Shown: positions 46,914-56,576 of the stretch, in pieces
Layout: each line of letters begins with the position of its first letter
Numbering within the stretch: the stretch's first letter is position 1
Notes under the pieces: model-generated
What the model saw: only the letters and a program-made list of their open reading frames with translations
Databases searched by the model: none
Told to the model about the DNA's origin: nothing
Translations under genes and position numbers: made by a program
DNA from: a virus
Lineage: Duplodnaviria; Caudoviricetes
IMG/VR virus record: IMGVR_UViG_3300028832_000097
Location: 64,001-128,000 of that record
Reading direction: 5' to 3' (one strand)
DNA length: 64,000 nt

Positions 46914-47198
46914 TTAACTATCATTTGATCTACTAAGCATATCTTTTATAGTAGCATTTAAGGTTTCAAACGCCTTATTAGTGCCATCATTCCAACCACG
47001 TGCATACGCATGGCTTAAAGTTTCTTCCGGATCCATTTCAATGTTGTGAGACATATCAGAATACGCAGTTAATTTTTGCAAACCGTGCTCGTCAAACACT
47101 AAGGAATTAAATCCCTTTACTTTATACAATTTATTCCCATTGTAGTCTAAATACATTTTATCAATTTCAATTATAAACTTTTTACCAACGTAACTCAT
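46914..47198 (-). CDS. Hypothetical protein
   Basis: AGGAGG RBS; LYKVKGFNSLVFDEHGL.KL. Confidence 0.7.
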   Translation of the reverse strand: MSYVGKKFIIEIDKMYLDYNGNKLYKVKGFNSLVFDEHGLQKLTAYSDMSHNIEMDPEETLSHAYARGWNDGTNKAFETLNATIKDMLSRSNDS

Positions 47199-47214
47199 TC
47201 AATGTACCTCCTGC

Positions 47215-48330
47215 TTAAAATAGCTTCTTAACTCTTTTTATCTGTGTATCAGGGTTTAGCCCTTTAACACGATTTACTCTATTATGAACACGCAACCTCA
47301 ATGATTCTGAATCTACATGTAGTAGTTTTGCTGCTGACTCAATGCTTTCATACCTAACACCATCAATCTCGATAGGAATTACTCTAGGATTATTTTCTGA
47401 TCTATTACTATTGAGACCAGTTGCCCATGCATGATTTACATTTTCTTGATTAGTGACCCATTCAAGATTTTCTACTCGATTATCTGTTTTAACTCCATTT
47501 TTATGATTAACCTGAGGTTTATTTTCGGGATTAGGTAGGAATGCCATCGCAACTAACCGATGTAAGAATGCATCAAATCTTGATTGGCTATCACCAGTTA
47601 GTGTTATTCTATGATAACCATCTTGGTCATAATCGGGTTCAAGTACCCTGCCATGAATAGTTATTAAATGATCTCCACGTTGTTCCTTTCGAGGACATGT
47701 GTAAAATCGACCTAGCGAAGATATCATGTACCTACCTTCGTACCCTTCAACGTATTTCCACTCTTCAGTATCTAATGTAGGAGGATGTATACCAAGTTTC
47801 AGGTTATCTGCTTCATCGTTTGACATATCTCCATCAATATGTGTGATAGGCTCATCTATCCACCCTAAAAATGTGCTTGCTACTAGCTCCTCAACCCGGT
47901 ATTCTTTATTATCAAGCATGATCTTGTTACTACAATTTATATTACCTTGCGCAATCTTAAGCAAGCTGTCTTCGGCACAAGATTTGATTCTTCCTAAATT
48001 AGATACGCTATAATGTTTGAAAATCGGTAACCAAACTTCTCCAGGTAATGATTGTATTTGAGATTCACAGGTTAAATTAGATACAGCACAATTGAACCTA
48101 TCACCATCAACATGATGTAGTTTAATCAATTTTGGATCATATGTTGGATCTACAAATAATTGATATATCAGTACATCAAGTGTAAATTCTCTGTTACTAC
48201 CATCTTTACGCAAACTAACTTTACCTGAAGAAGAGACTTTCAGCGGTGTATTCTTTCGCAGATTAATTATCTGCCCACAATCTTGAGCAAGATACAATCC
48301 TTCATATCCTAGTACAGGTAACTCAATCAT
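47215..48330 (-). CDS. HNH homing endonuclease with three tandem NUMOD4-HNH units
   Basis: GYEGLY..HVDGDRFN; YSVSNLGRI..HIDGDMSN; GYEGRYMISSLGR..HRLVA..VNHKNGVKTDNRVENLEW. Confidence 0.9.
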   Translation of the reverse strand: MIELPVLGYEGLYLAQDCGQIINLRKNTPLKVSSSGKVSLRKDGSNREFTLDVLIYQLFVDPTYDPKLIKLHHVDGDRFNCAVSNLTCESQIQSLPGEVWLPIFKHYSVSNLGRIKSCAEDSLLKIAQGNINCSNKIMLDNKEYRVEELVASTFLGWIDEPITHIDGDMSNDEADNLKLGIHPPTLDTEEWKYVEGYEGRYMISSLGRFYTCPRKEQRGDHLITIHGRVLEPDYDQDGYHRITLTGDSQSRFDAFLHRLVAMAFLPNPENKPQVNHKNGVKTDNRVENLEWVTNQENVNHAWATGLNSNRSENNPRVIPIEIDGVRYESIESAAKLLHVDSESLRLRVHNRVNRVKGLNPDTQIKRVKKLF

Positions 48331-48336
48331 ACTAGA

Positions 48337-49329
48337 TTAAAACAACCTCTTAGTACGCCTTATCTTATTAGGATCATATGCATATTTTGTGCCAATCAGC
48401 TTCTGAATACTGTGTATATTGAAAGCAACTCGTGCTGAAGAATCATTTCTAATCTGATCCATTGTTAAATTACACGCTGCAACTTCTTGCTCAAGAATCT
48501 TAACATTATGCTCATCTGCAAGTGAAAAGAAACTCATACTTGACTTATTCCTAGTTGTCCTATCACGATCTGTCACAGAAATTACACCAAATGTAGGTGA
48601 AAGAATTTTACAGTATGCAGCAATGTGTCTGTGACTTATTGAATCCGCGGAATAACAAGGAAGCTTGCTTAACCCTTCTAACGAAGTATATCCATACAAA
48701 TGTGTTTTTACATTAGGATTAGACGAAGCATGGATCAAATCTGCACATTCTTTTAGGTAGATGTCCTTCATCGCTACGCTGGCGTCATTCGCCGGCGACA
48801 ACCCTATGTAATCTAAGGGTTCCCCATTTTCATCTGTCCATTCTAACATATCTTTCAACACCTGCATAGACTCTCCATAATGGAATACAGGCATAACTTT
48901 ATGTGGACTCTTAACTTTTGTACGCATATACAAAAAGTTTTCCCAAGATTTCTTTGCAGATTCTACATAATCTTCTGCAGATTTGGGCTGTCCAAACTTA
49001 CCTGGAATAGTATCAAGTTGTGCGCACACATCAATATCATCGTCAATACTGTTTATATAATCAATGTATGCATCTTCCCAGTCTCTGAAGGTTGGCTGTT
49101 CAGTGCTCTTCCATCCGGGTAGTTTAGCGTTACCAGTATGTATACTAAACGCACCAGAATCAATAAACAACCATCTGCAAAATCCTTCATGTTTCCACTT
49201 AATAGTTTTAGTAATTGCACTGCGATCTAACTGAGTTATGAGTATATCTAGAGGTTCAAAATCTGGGATACCTACTAAATAATCATGCATTTGCTGTGTT
49301 AATGACCCTGACATTACATATTTTTCCAA
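48337..49329 (-). CDS. TGT-fold (DpdA-like) guanine transglycosylase
   Basis: FIDSGAFS, QLDTIPG, MPVFHYGE, YIGL, THLYG, YSADS motifs. Confidence 0.65.
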   Translation of the reverse strand: MEKYVMSGSLTQQMHDYLVGIPDFEPLDILITQLDRSAITKTIKWKHEGFCRWLFIDSGAFSIHTGNAKLPGWKSTEQPTFRDWEDAYIDYINSIDDDIDVCAQLDTIPGKFGQPKSAEDYVESAKKSWENFLYMRTKVKSPHKVMPVFHYGESMQVLKDMLEWTDENGEPLDYIGLSPANDASVAMKDIYLKECADLIHASSNPNVKTHLYGYTSLEGLSKLPCYSADSISHRHIAAYCKILSPTFGVISVTDRDRTTRNKSSMSFFSLADEHNVKILEQEVAACNLTMDQIRNDSSARVAFNIHSIQKLIGTKYAYDPNKIRRTKRLF

Positions 49330-49378
49330 AATCCGCTACCTCCTAATTACTTATATGTAACATAACGATTTTGATGTA

Positions 49379-49672
49379 TCAAGAATTGTAGCCCCATTCA
49401 CCCGTTACAGGGTCTAGTCCAATTGTGGAAGATCCGTCATTTCCGGATTCATTGGATGTATCATTAGTGTCAATTTGTATGGCATCAAATTTTATATTAT
49501 CGCTTAGCATAGGGCAAGTTACTAAAGACCTATGGATCTGCTTAGCATTGTTTCCACCGGCAAGATTAATCACATTGTCTTCTCTACAAACAACAAGAAA
49601 AACTTCTTCAGTATCCGCATCTTCATATAGTATTACGTCCAATCTATCTTTGATTTTTCCACCAATCTTCAT
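49379..49672 (-). CDS. Hypothetical protein
   Basis: ORF in operon. Confidence 0.6.
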   Translation of the reverse strand: MKIGGKIKDRLDVILYEDADTEEVFLVVCREDNVINLAGGNNAKQIHRSLVTCPMLSDNIKFDAIQIDTNDTSNESGNDGSSTIGLDPVTGEWGYNS

Positions 49673-49675
49673 AGT

Positions 49676-50452
49676 TCATACCCCATACTTGAAATCAAAT
49701 GCAAACTTCGCAAGTACCGCATGCGAAGACATTCGTCTATATTCTAACTCATTCAATGTAGATATGCATAACTTTTTAATTTCTGGATTAGTTGTTGTAT
49801 TAAGAATACAACGGAATACAAATCGCAGATTACTTTCTTCATTGTTATCATAATGCCCAAGTTTCCATGACAAATTAGAAACACTATCGTTACGTGACAA
49901 ATTAGTTATACTTTGATAATATGATAGGTGTTCTGAGGAAAGTTTAACAATATCATCTATGTCCTTAAATGACATTAATGCGCCATATATGGACATAGTT
50001 GTTAAATTTACCTTATCAGGATATTTTACAGTAAGATAATCTGTCAACTCCTGACGCGTAGGATGACCTACTGTAACTACCACAGAACGACTTACAATTG
50101 TATTAGGTATTCTGTATCTGTTAGAACATGTGATAACAATATATATGTTACTTCTAGGTTCTTCTAAGAACTTAAGCATAACATATGAAGAAGATAACTG
50201 ACCAGAATCTAGCCCTTCAATACAGACAACTACAGGAGTATCTACATTGTAGCAATTTTCAAGCATTGTGCGGAGATCAGCTACAGTAGAATTTATAGAT
50301 ACTATATCATTGATATCAAGTAACTTTCCATAATATGCAGCAAGATAGCTCTTACCACAGCCTGCAGGCCCTTCTATCAATATACTGTGGCGCTTTGAAT
50401 CTGCGCACTGCTTAAGTTCTAATATTGCAGCATCTTGACATCGTAGTATCAT
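49676..50452 (-). CDS. holB: Clamp loader delta-prime-like subunit
   Basis: HSILIEGPAGCGKS, MLKFLEEP, IPNTIVSRS. Confidence 0.75.
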   Translation of the reverse strand: MILRCQDAAILELKQCADSKRHSILIEGPAGCGKSYLAAYYGKLLDINDIVSINSTVADLRTMLENCYNVDTPVVVCIEGLDSGQLSSSYVMLKFLEEPRSNIYIVITCSNRYRIPNTIVSRSVVVTVGHPTRQELTDYLTVKYPDKVNLTTMSIYGALMSFKDIDDIVKLSSEHLSYYQSITNLSRNDSVSNLSWKLGHYDNNEESNLRFVFRCILNTTTNPEIKKLCISTLNELEYRRMSSHAVLAKFAFDFKYGV

Positions 50453-51363
50453 TGTAACACCTCTACTGATGGTACTTGCGAAAATTGCATCAAGCTCAAT
50501 AAGTATATTGACAAATCATATGTGTTAGCGGATATTGTGCGAGTTTTCAATACACATTCATATGCTTGCATAAACATGTTATATGTATCCTCACGACTCC
50601 AGCGTTTTGCATATTGTGTTAGTATAGATTGTGTATATGGCTGTACCTGTATTTTCTCCAATTCGATCATAGTAGACATTATGATATATAAAATATCATC
50701 ATTAGATTTCAAGTACTCATCTAGCAAACTCAGAACATATTCTAAATTTCTAGAAGCAATTCCAATTTTCAAAGACCGCTCATCGGAACCATTTGCCCCG
50801 CCAAATAGATGTTTAAGTTGAGTATCATTAAAAGTATAGAGCACTTCCGGTGCAACTTGTGACATCGCACGACATATACTAGATGCTTGAAAATAGTCGC
50901 TACTTATATCTATAGCCAGATTTATGAACCTATCTGGAAAATTAGGAAAATCAGAATGCAGATATTTAAATATGAAATTATCATTTACTTTATCAATAGA
51001 TACTGTGTAATTTGGCAGATACTTAGCTAGTTTAGCTGAAGATTTTTCATCTTGATAAATACATACAATACAACCACGTATCTTACATTTAGCAATTCTA
51101 TTAACGGAATTAACATCTAATGATTTTATAAAATCTTGATCATATCGTACTATATACACTGCAGGGTCAGGTTCAATGATATGTTTAGTTTCGAACAACT
51201 TCAATACCGCATCTACGGACGCATGCTCAATCTTGTTACCATAGACATTCACTAGCATATCTATATAACGCAACTTTATCCCATACTCTTCTCCGCAAAA
51301 TACATAGAATGATTTAGGAGTTTTATTCATTATCTCTAAACCTACTTCTTGTATTGTTCTCAT
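50449..51363 (-). CDS. holA: Clamp loader delta-like subunit
   Basis: KSFYVFCGEEYGI N-terminus typical of HolA; adjacent to the HolB-like gene. Confidence 0.6.
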   Translation of the reverse strand: MRTIQEVGLEIMNKTPKSFYVFCGEEYGIKLRYIDMLVNVYGNKIEHASVDAVLKLFETKHIIEPDPAVYIVRYDQDFIKSLDVNSVNRIAKCKIRGCIVCIYQDEKSSAKLAKYLPNYTVSIDKVNDNFIFKYLHSDFPNFPDRFINLAIDISSDYFQASSICRAMSQVAPEVLYTFNDTQLKHLFGGANGSDERSLKIGIASRNLEYVLSLLDEYLKSNDDILYIIMSTMIELEKIQVQPYTQSILTQYAKRWSREDTYNMFMQAYECVLKTRTISANTYDLSIYLLSLMQFSQVPSVEVLQ

Positions 51364-51842
51364 CGCTGAAACAACTCCTGAAACATGTTAAAATGCATTA
51401 TGTACATGGTGCATTCATCTGCGACACCATAATATACTACTGACTCATTCAATAACGATTGTCGAAATGTTGCGGTAGATTTTATTAATTTTGGATATTT
51501 CTGAATGGTTATATTAGGGTAAAGCTCAGCAATGTCGATAGTTTCAGGTATCATACACCAAGTGTTAGATAACAACTGACTACCGTCATCTACAAACAAA
51601 ACAGGATACCGCTGACGGGCTGCAGCTTCTTCAGAAATCTTATGCCATACTTTCAAATTAAACACAATTGCGCAATTAGGTGTAATATGTGTTTTACATT
51701 CACCTAACCAATCAATTCCGCACACATCTCCAGGATACAGATGCCTAGCACCGCTTCCAGGGACAACGTTCCAGCCTAATGCTTGTGCAATCTGATGTTC
51801 TTGTTTATCACTGAAATAGCGTTTGCCCTTACTGTTAGACAC
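51360..51842 (-). CDS. PD-(D/E)XK Holliday junction resolvase-like nuclease
   Basis: QE.QIA..LG...PGSGA...GDV....LGECKT. Confidence 0.75.
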   Translation of the reverse strand: MSNSKGKRYFSDKQEHQIAQALGWNVVPGSGARHLYPGDVCGIDWLGECKTHITPNCAIVFNLKVWHKISEEAAARQRYPVLFVDDGSQLLSNTWCMIPETIDIAELYPNITIQKYPKLIKSTATFRQSLLNESVVYYGVADECTMYIMHFNMFQELFQR

Positions 51843-52995
51843 TTATACCCTCCGAAATTCCGTTTGCTTCAATATCTTCCATTATAACCTGCTTCAATGT
51901 CTCAAAATAATCCGGATGTTGCTGGACATATTCTAGAACTTTAGCGAATCCATTGAGCTTGACAGGCTTATTTTCAGCATCTATAAGAGGTTCGCGAGTT
52001 CTTGGGTCTAGCATAGTCATCCAAGCTCCGCCCTTCTTAATTATACCATATTTTTTCATAGCTAACTGACAAAAATCAATATCAACACGAATTCCAGACT
52101 GTGACATCAAGTAGTATTCGCCATTCCTTCTATCGTTAGGTGCTGATTTTTGTTTAACTAACTTAGCTGTTATCTTATAGCCTGCAGGATTTTCTGCAGA
52201 TGCAGGCAAATCATTACCAAGAAAATCTACAGGAGTACCAATCTTAAATAGTATTCGCAATGCAGAATAGAATTTAATTGCTTGTCCTCCAGGAGTTGAA
52301 ACAACATAAGGATTGTCCATGTTGTCCCTGACCTGGTTGATCAATAACATAGTGCATTCGTATCGAGCAAGTAAGGGCACTATTTTTCTGAGGAATATTG
52401 TCATCAGCCCAGCAAGTGCGGATACAGTTCGTTCACCATATTTCTTTTCAAGTTCAGATTTAGTTACAAGTGAAGGTATTGAATCAAGCACTAGGAGCCC
52501 AACTTGCCCAGATTCAATAAGTTCTTGAACCTTCTGAAGAATATCCTCAGCTGCAATGTTAGGTGGTTGCATAACTTCAATTTCAGTATTATCAATACCT
52601 AATGTGTGGGCCCACTTAGAATCAAAAGAATGCTCTAGATCAATATATAATACTTTTTTGGGTCCAATCTCTTGTAATTCCTCAATAGAAACAAGTGCAG
52701 ATTTATCCCCTGCAGATGCCTTTTCCTGCAATGAAATTATCCTATCCTCAAATTCTTTCTGAAAAATTTCAATAGAATTTTTACAGATATCAACAGCTGT
52801 AGTAGATTTACCACCCTGCGGATTACCGAAAAATTCTGTTATCATGTTTCTAGGAATGCCACCATAAGTTGAGTAATTTAGTTGAGGACTAGAAAATGGT
52901 AATCTAGGTTTCTGTGCAGATGCAGCTGCATCCATCAATTCTGGGCAGTCCCAATCCTTCTTACATTTATTTATTATGTCATCGAAACTCGACAT
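51835..52995 (-). CDS. recA: RecA/UvsX recombinase
   Basis: GGIPRNMITEFFGNPQGGKST, YIDLEH, LVLDSIPSL, INQVR, TPGGQAIKFYS. Confidence 0.95.
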   Translation of the reverse strand: MSSFDDIINKCKKDWDCPELMDAAASAQKPRLPFSSPQLNYSTYGGIPRNMITEFFGNPQGGKSTTAVDICKNSIEIFQKEFEDRIISLQEKASAGDKSALVSIEELQEIGPKKVLYIDLEHSFDSKWAHTLGIDNTEIEVMQPPNIAAEDILQKVQELIESGQVGLLVLDSIPSLVTKSELEKKYGERTVSALAGLMTIFLRKIVPLLARYECTMLLINQVRDNMDNPYVVSTPGGQAIKFYSALRILFKIGTPVDFLGNDLPASAENPAGYKITAKLVKQKSAPNDRRNGEYYLMSQSGIRVDIDFCQLAMKKYGIIKKGGAWMTMLDPRTREPLIDAENKPVKLNGFAKVLEYVQQHPDYFETLKQVIMEDIEANGISEGISV

Positions 52996-53010
52996 ATAGT
53001 ATATCCTCCT

Positions 53011-53562
53011 TTACAATTGATATGGGGGTAGATCCTGTGTGCTCATAGGATTTATAGGATTAGATGATTCCGCAGCACGTCTTGAATCCCATATCTTCTT
53101 AGCACCCATGATTAATTCTCTAGAATATGTTAATTGATTTTCTACTCGAGTAATGATAGACGTGTAGCAAACTTCCATTATTCGATATTCAGCCATCGAC
53201 TGAACCAACTCATCTTTAATGATTTGCGAAAGTATGCTAGATTTCTCTCCAGTTTTAAGTAATTCAGCATTAAATGTTTTCTTCTGCTCAATCTCACGTT
53301 TGTTGTTTTCTAACTTTGTAACTTCTAGCTTTAAACGCAATTTATTTAAAGATTCGGAAACACTAAATAAATCCAGTGGGAGCTCGGTGAGAATGTATGT
53401 TAATTCTGCGTCAGTTATAGGAACTTGTTCAGACTTCATCCTAGCATGCAGCTTCTGTACTTCTGCAAATGTCGGAGCAAACACAGATTCGTAGATACTA
53501 TCACAGAACTGCTCCGCAGGTGCACATTGATTATCAAGTTCCTGTTGTATTTTTTCAAACAT
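53011..53562 (-). CDS. Helical hypothetical protein (possible recombination mediator)
   Basis: Coiled-coil ORF directly upstream of recA. Confidence 0.6.
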   Translation of the reverse strand: MFEKIQQELDNQCAPAEQFCDSIYESVFAPTFAEVQKLHARMKSEQVPITDAELTYILTELPLDLFSVSESLNKLRLKLEVTKLENNKREIEQKKTFNAELLKTGEKSSILSQIIKDELVQSMAEYRIMEVCYTSIITRVENQLTYSRELIMGAKKIWDSRRAAESSNPINPMSTQDLPPYQL

Positions 53563-53564
53563 AT

Positions 53565-54596
53565 TTATTGATGCTCCTTCTTAGGTAATTGACATAAATA
53601 AGTTAAAGCGACCTCTTGTAAATACTGTGTCGATTTCAATTCGTTGTTCATACTCAAGAGCTTATTTGCAAGTTTAAGGCACACGATAGAATGTGCTGTC
53701 CCATACTTAGAGATCTTATCATTGTACTGTGAGGGTATCAAAGTTTTTTCAATGTCCTGCAAAAAGATGTATTTAACTACATTGATTATAAAACTATGAA
53801 ACCCTTCAAACCACTTAACAAAGTTAACACCGGAATTATAGACTTCTGAAACAATACGTGTTACTTCAGAATTATCTTTGCTTGCATACGCTTGCAACAA
53901 TGCGAAATAATCATCATAGTTAGGTAGATTCAATGCAATTTCTAAGTTCGACAAAGTTACATCATCACTATAAGTAAGAGCCTTGTCTAATAAAGTTAAC
54001 GCATCTCTCATACCACCATTGGCCAATTTTGCAATAAAATTGATAGCCGACTCTTCATAAGTAATGTTGCGACCTTCTGCAATCTCGCAATCTAAAACAT
54101 ACTTTAACCTGGCAGTTATGCCCGCTAGACTAATTTTAGATAACTGAAACGTTTGTACTCTGGAAAGTATTGTCGCAGGTATTTTCTCAGGATTAGTAGT
54201 GCAAAACAGAAAAATACTTTTTGCTACACCAGATTCAATAGGTATGAGCAAACTTTGGAAAGCACTTTGGCTCAATGCATGGACCTCATCTATAATGAAT
54301 ACTTTATATCGGCCTACAATTGGATACTGCTGTGCTTCTTTCATGAGATTTCGCATATGCTCAACACCGCTGTTAGACGCCGCGTCAATCTCAATAGGCT
54401 CACCTTGACCCTCATTGAGTACGTTTGCAATACAACGTGCTATGGAAGTCTTTCCACAGCCCGCAGGTCCAATAAACAAGAAATTGCGATTGATATGATC
54501 TTTGTCCTCACACATCTTTCGAACAATATCTACAACAAGGGACTGCTCTGTGAAATCATCGAAAGTTTTTGGCCTATATTTCGTAGCTAAACTCAT
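53565..54596 (-). CDS. dnaX: Clamp loader gamma/tau subunit
   Basis: LATKYRPKTF, GPAGCGKTS, EIDAASNSGV, IIDEVHAL, TILSR, GGMRDALTLLD. Confidence 0.95.
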   Translation of the reverse strand: MSLATKYRPKTFDDFTEQSLVVDIVRKMCEDKDHINRNFLFIGPAGCGKTSIARCIANVLNEGQGEPIEIDAASNSGVEHMRNLMKEAQQYPIVGRYKVFIIDEVHALSQSAFQSLLIPIESGVAKSIFLFCTTNPEKIPATILSRVQTFQLSKISLAGITARLKYVLDCEIAEGRNITYEESAINFIAKLANGGMRDALTLLDKALTYSDDVTLSNLEIALNLPNYDDYFALLQAYASKDNSEVTRIVSEVYNSGVNFVKWFEGFHSFIINVVKYIFLQDIEKTLIPSQYNDKISKYGTAHSIVCLKLANKLLSMNNELKSTQYLQEVALTYLCQLPKKEHQ

Positions 54597-54632
54597 GTAT
54601 AACCTCCAAAATTATATCACAATTCACCAATA

Positions 54633-54641
54633 ATAACGATT
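54633..54641 (-). promoter_or_regulatory. Class-A motif AATCGTTAT (representative copy, before dnaX)
   Basis: Exact copies also at 7185, 12937, 41802, 46897, 49362, 56565 and 59951, mostly 20-45 nt upstream of starts. Confidence 0.75.
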
Positions 54642-55430
54642 TTATCGCCCATATTCCTTACACTTCTTATAGTAAGGGCAGAAATTAGGTGTACACCATT
54701 TATCACCGGCAGGAAGACCTTCAGGAGCTATGTTTTTATCAACCATGTCCATAACATAATTAAATTTATCCCAAGTTTGAGATAATACGTAATCTGGGAC
54801 AGATAATTCGTAACATTTGATGTTCCCATATTGACGATCTACATACAGCATGATAACATGTTTTAATTTAAGCAGTGCACAATAAGCATACACTTGATCA
54901 ATATGTTCTTGCTTAGGACCTGTAAGGTTGTTCCATACACTGAATTCACATGATTTTATTTCAAATAAGTGATATTCACCATTCACACGAATAATTCCAT
55001 CAACTGCGCATCTTACTGGAGGGTTCACAATATCTAAGAAACTTTCAAGCGAATCTTCAGAAGGTGTACAGGTATAGGTGTAGTCAGGTGATAGTTCGTT
55101 TAAGTAATCCTCTAAAGAAATCCAATCGCCTTTTAAAAGTTCTGCAAGATTTGATTGTATTACACGATGGATAGCTGTGCCGATATCTGCAGTAAATTGA
55201 AGACCTCGGTCCGGATTAGGCATTGTATCAGGATCTACTCCTCTAATCCGAAACCAAGACCTCCTATTGCATCTAAGTTGTGAAGGTGCAAAGGTCTTAT
55301 GAGGTGCCCTTGCACGGTCTGCAACAATCTTAGAATCTACAAATTTCTCATAGTTATCCAGAAATTTTGCGCTAGTTATAGAATTAAATCTAGAAACTGC
55401 AGCAGAATTGATAGATCTAAAGGACATCAT
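54642..55430 (-). CDS. cas4: Cas4-like PD-(D/E)XK exonuclease
   Basis: PSQLRCNR, GTAIH, VDGII, FEIKS, QVYAY, C-terminal WC...FCPY...C. Confidence 0.75.
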   Translation of the reverse strand: MMSFRSINSAAVSRFNSITSAKFLDNYEKFVDSKIVADRARAPHKTFAPSQLRCNRRSWFRIRGVDPDTMPNPDRGLQFTADIGTAIHRVIQSNLAELLKGDWISLEDYLNELSPDYTYTCTPSEDSLESFLDIVNPPVRCAVDGIIRVNGEYHLFEIKSCEFSVWNNLTGPKQEHIDQVYAYCALLKLKHVIMLYVDRQYGNIKCYELSVPDYVLSQTWDKFNYVMDMVDKNIAPEGLPAGDKWCTPNFCPYYKKCKEYGR

Positions 55431-56533
55431 TCTACTCCAGCAAGTATAGTAGTAAGTGTGCCATCGTTGACGATGATCCCCTGTATCTCACCTTCTGATT
55501 TGAATGGACTTATTGATACATCGGATTCTCCGTAGTTACTGATGATTTTCTTCAGTGCTGCAAGCTTGAATTCTGAAGTATAAGCTTCAGAAGTTCCTGC
55601 AACATCAATAGCGCAGTTTACATTTTTATCATGTAATGAAACCTTACCAGATTCTACTGTAAAATTAATAGTATCTTCGGAAGTCGTTGAAAGCAACTCA
55701 GCCTGTGACAGAAACTTGCTGAGTTGAGAAGCTTTGCATTGAATTCCAGAATCATCTGTTTTCAGTATGTTGAGTATCATTTCGGAATTGTAACTTCCTA
55801 CACCTTCGTCAGACTCGTAGTATGGAGTGAATTCAGAAAGATATGTATAACTATCTGTAGTAGCAGAAATCAGATAGTTTCGTCCGTCAGCTGCCTTAGA
55901 AATCTTGCTATCATCCGGCAAAGAAGTAAACAAGTTAATTACAGTATCAGATAATAGACAAGTGTTGCCAAGCTTACCAAGTTTAGAATGTGTAAAAAGT
56001 GAATTATCAATATCACCTACTAATACATCACCATCACTGCCGACCCATACACGTGTATACACAGGATGTATGAAGGAAATTGCTAGTGCAAACAGCTGAT
56101 TATCTTTGATATACTTCCAACTAGACTTATCAATAGCAATGCGTGTACCATCGGAAGTTAACGGAGCCGGTGTATCTAGTTCGAGTTCATCTCCATCAAT
56201 CATCTTTGGCAATGTAAATTTAGACTTTCCAGAAGTGATGACTAACCCTGAGTCATTGATATCTAGCGTAACTGTATTAGACTCAATAGAAGACACAAGC
56301 TGCTTGAGAAGTAAACTTCCTACAAATATCCTAGAATCTCCTGAACCTTCTGAACTACCTTTAACCGATATTTCTGTTTTGATCGACGCAGTTTCAACGT
56401 TGATTTTAAGGATATTTTCTCCGATTGTCAGCTGAACTATGTTGCTCTTCTTATGATAGTTAGAAACATTAGAATTAATGATTCCAATATCAAGTGCGTT
56501 TGAAAGTGGTGTTGTGTTACAAGTAAATTTCAT
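55427..56533 (-). CDS. dnaN: DNA sliding clamp (beta subunit-like)
   Basis: 368 aa, MKFTCN, ITSGKSKFTLP; located between the polymerase and the clamp loader. Confidence 0.75.
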   Translation of the reverse strand: MKFTCNTTPLSNALDIGIINSNVSNYHKKSNIVQLTIGENILKINVETASIKTEISVKGSSEGSGDSRIFVGSLLLKQLVSSIESNTVTLDINDSGLVITSGKSKFTLPKMIDGDELELDTPAPLTSDGTRIAIDKSSWKYIKDNQLFALAISFIHPVYTRVWVGSDGDVLVGDIDNSLFTHSKLGKLGNTCLLSDTVINLFTSLPDDSKISKAADGRNYLISATTDSYTYLSEFTPYYESDEGVGSYNSEMILNILKTDDSGIQCKASQLSKFLSQAELLSTTSEDTINFTVESGKVSLHDKNVNCAIDVAGTSEAYTSEFKLAALKKIISNYGESDVSISPFKSEGEIQGIIVNDGTLTTILAGVE

Positions 56534-56576
56534 GTATTGACCTCCTTATGATTATACATATACTATAACGATTTTA

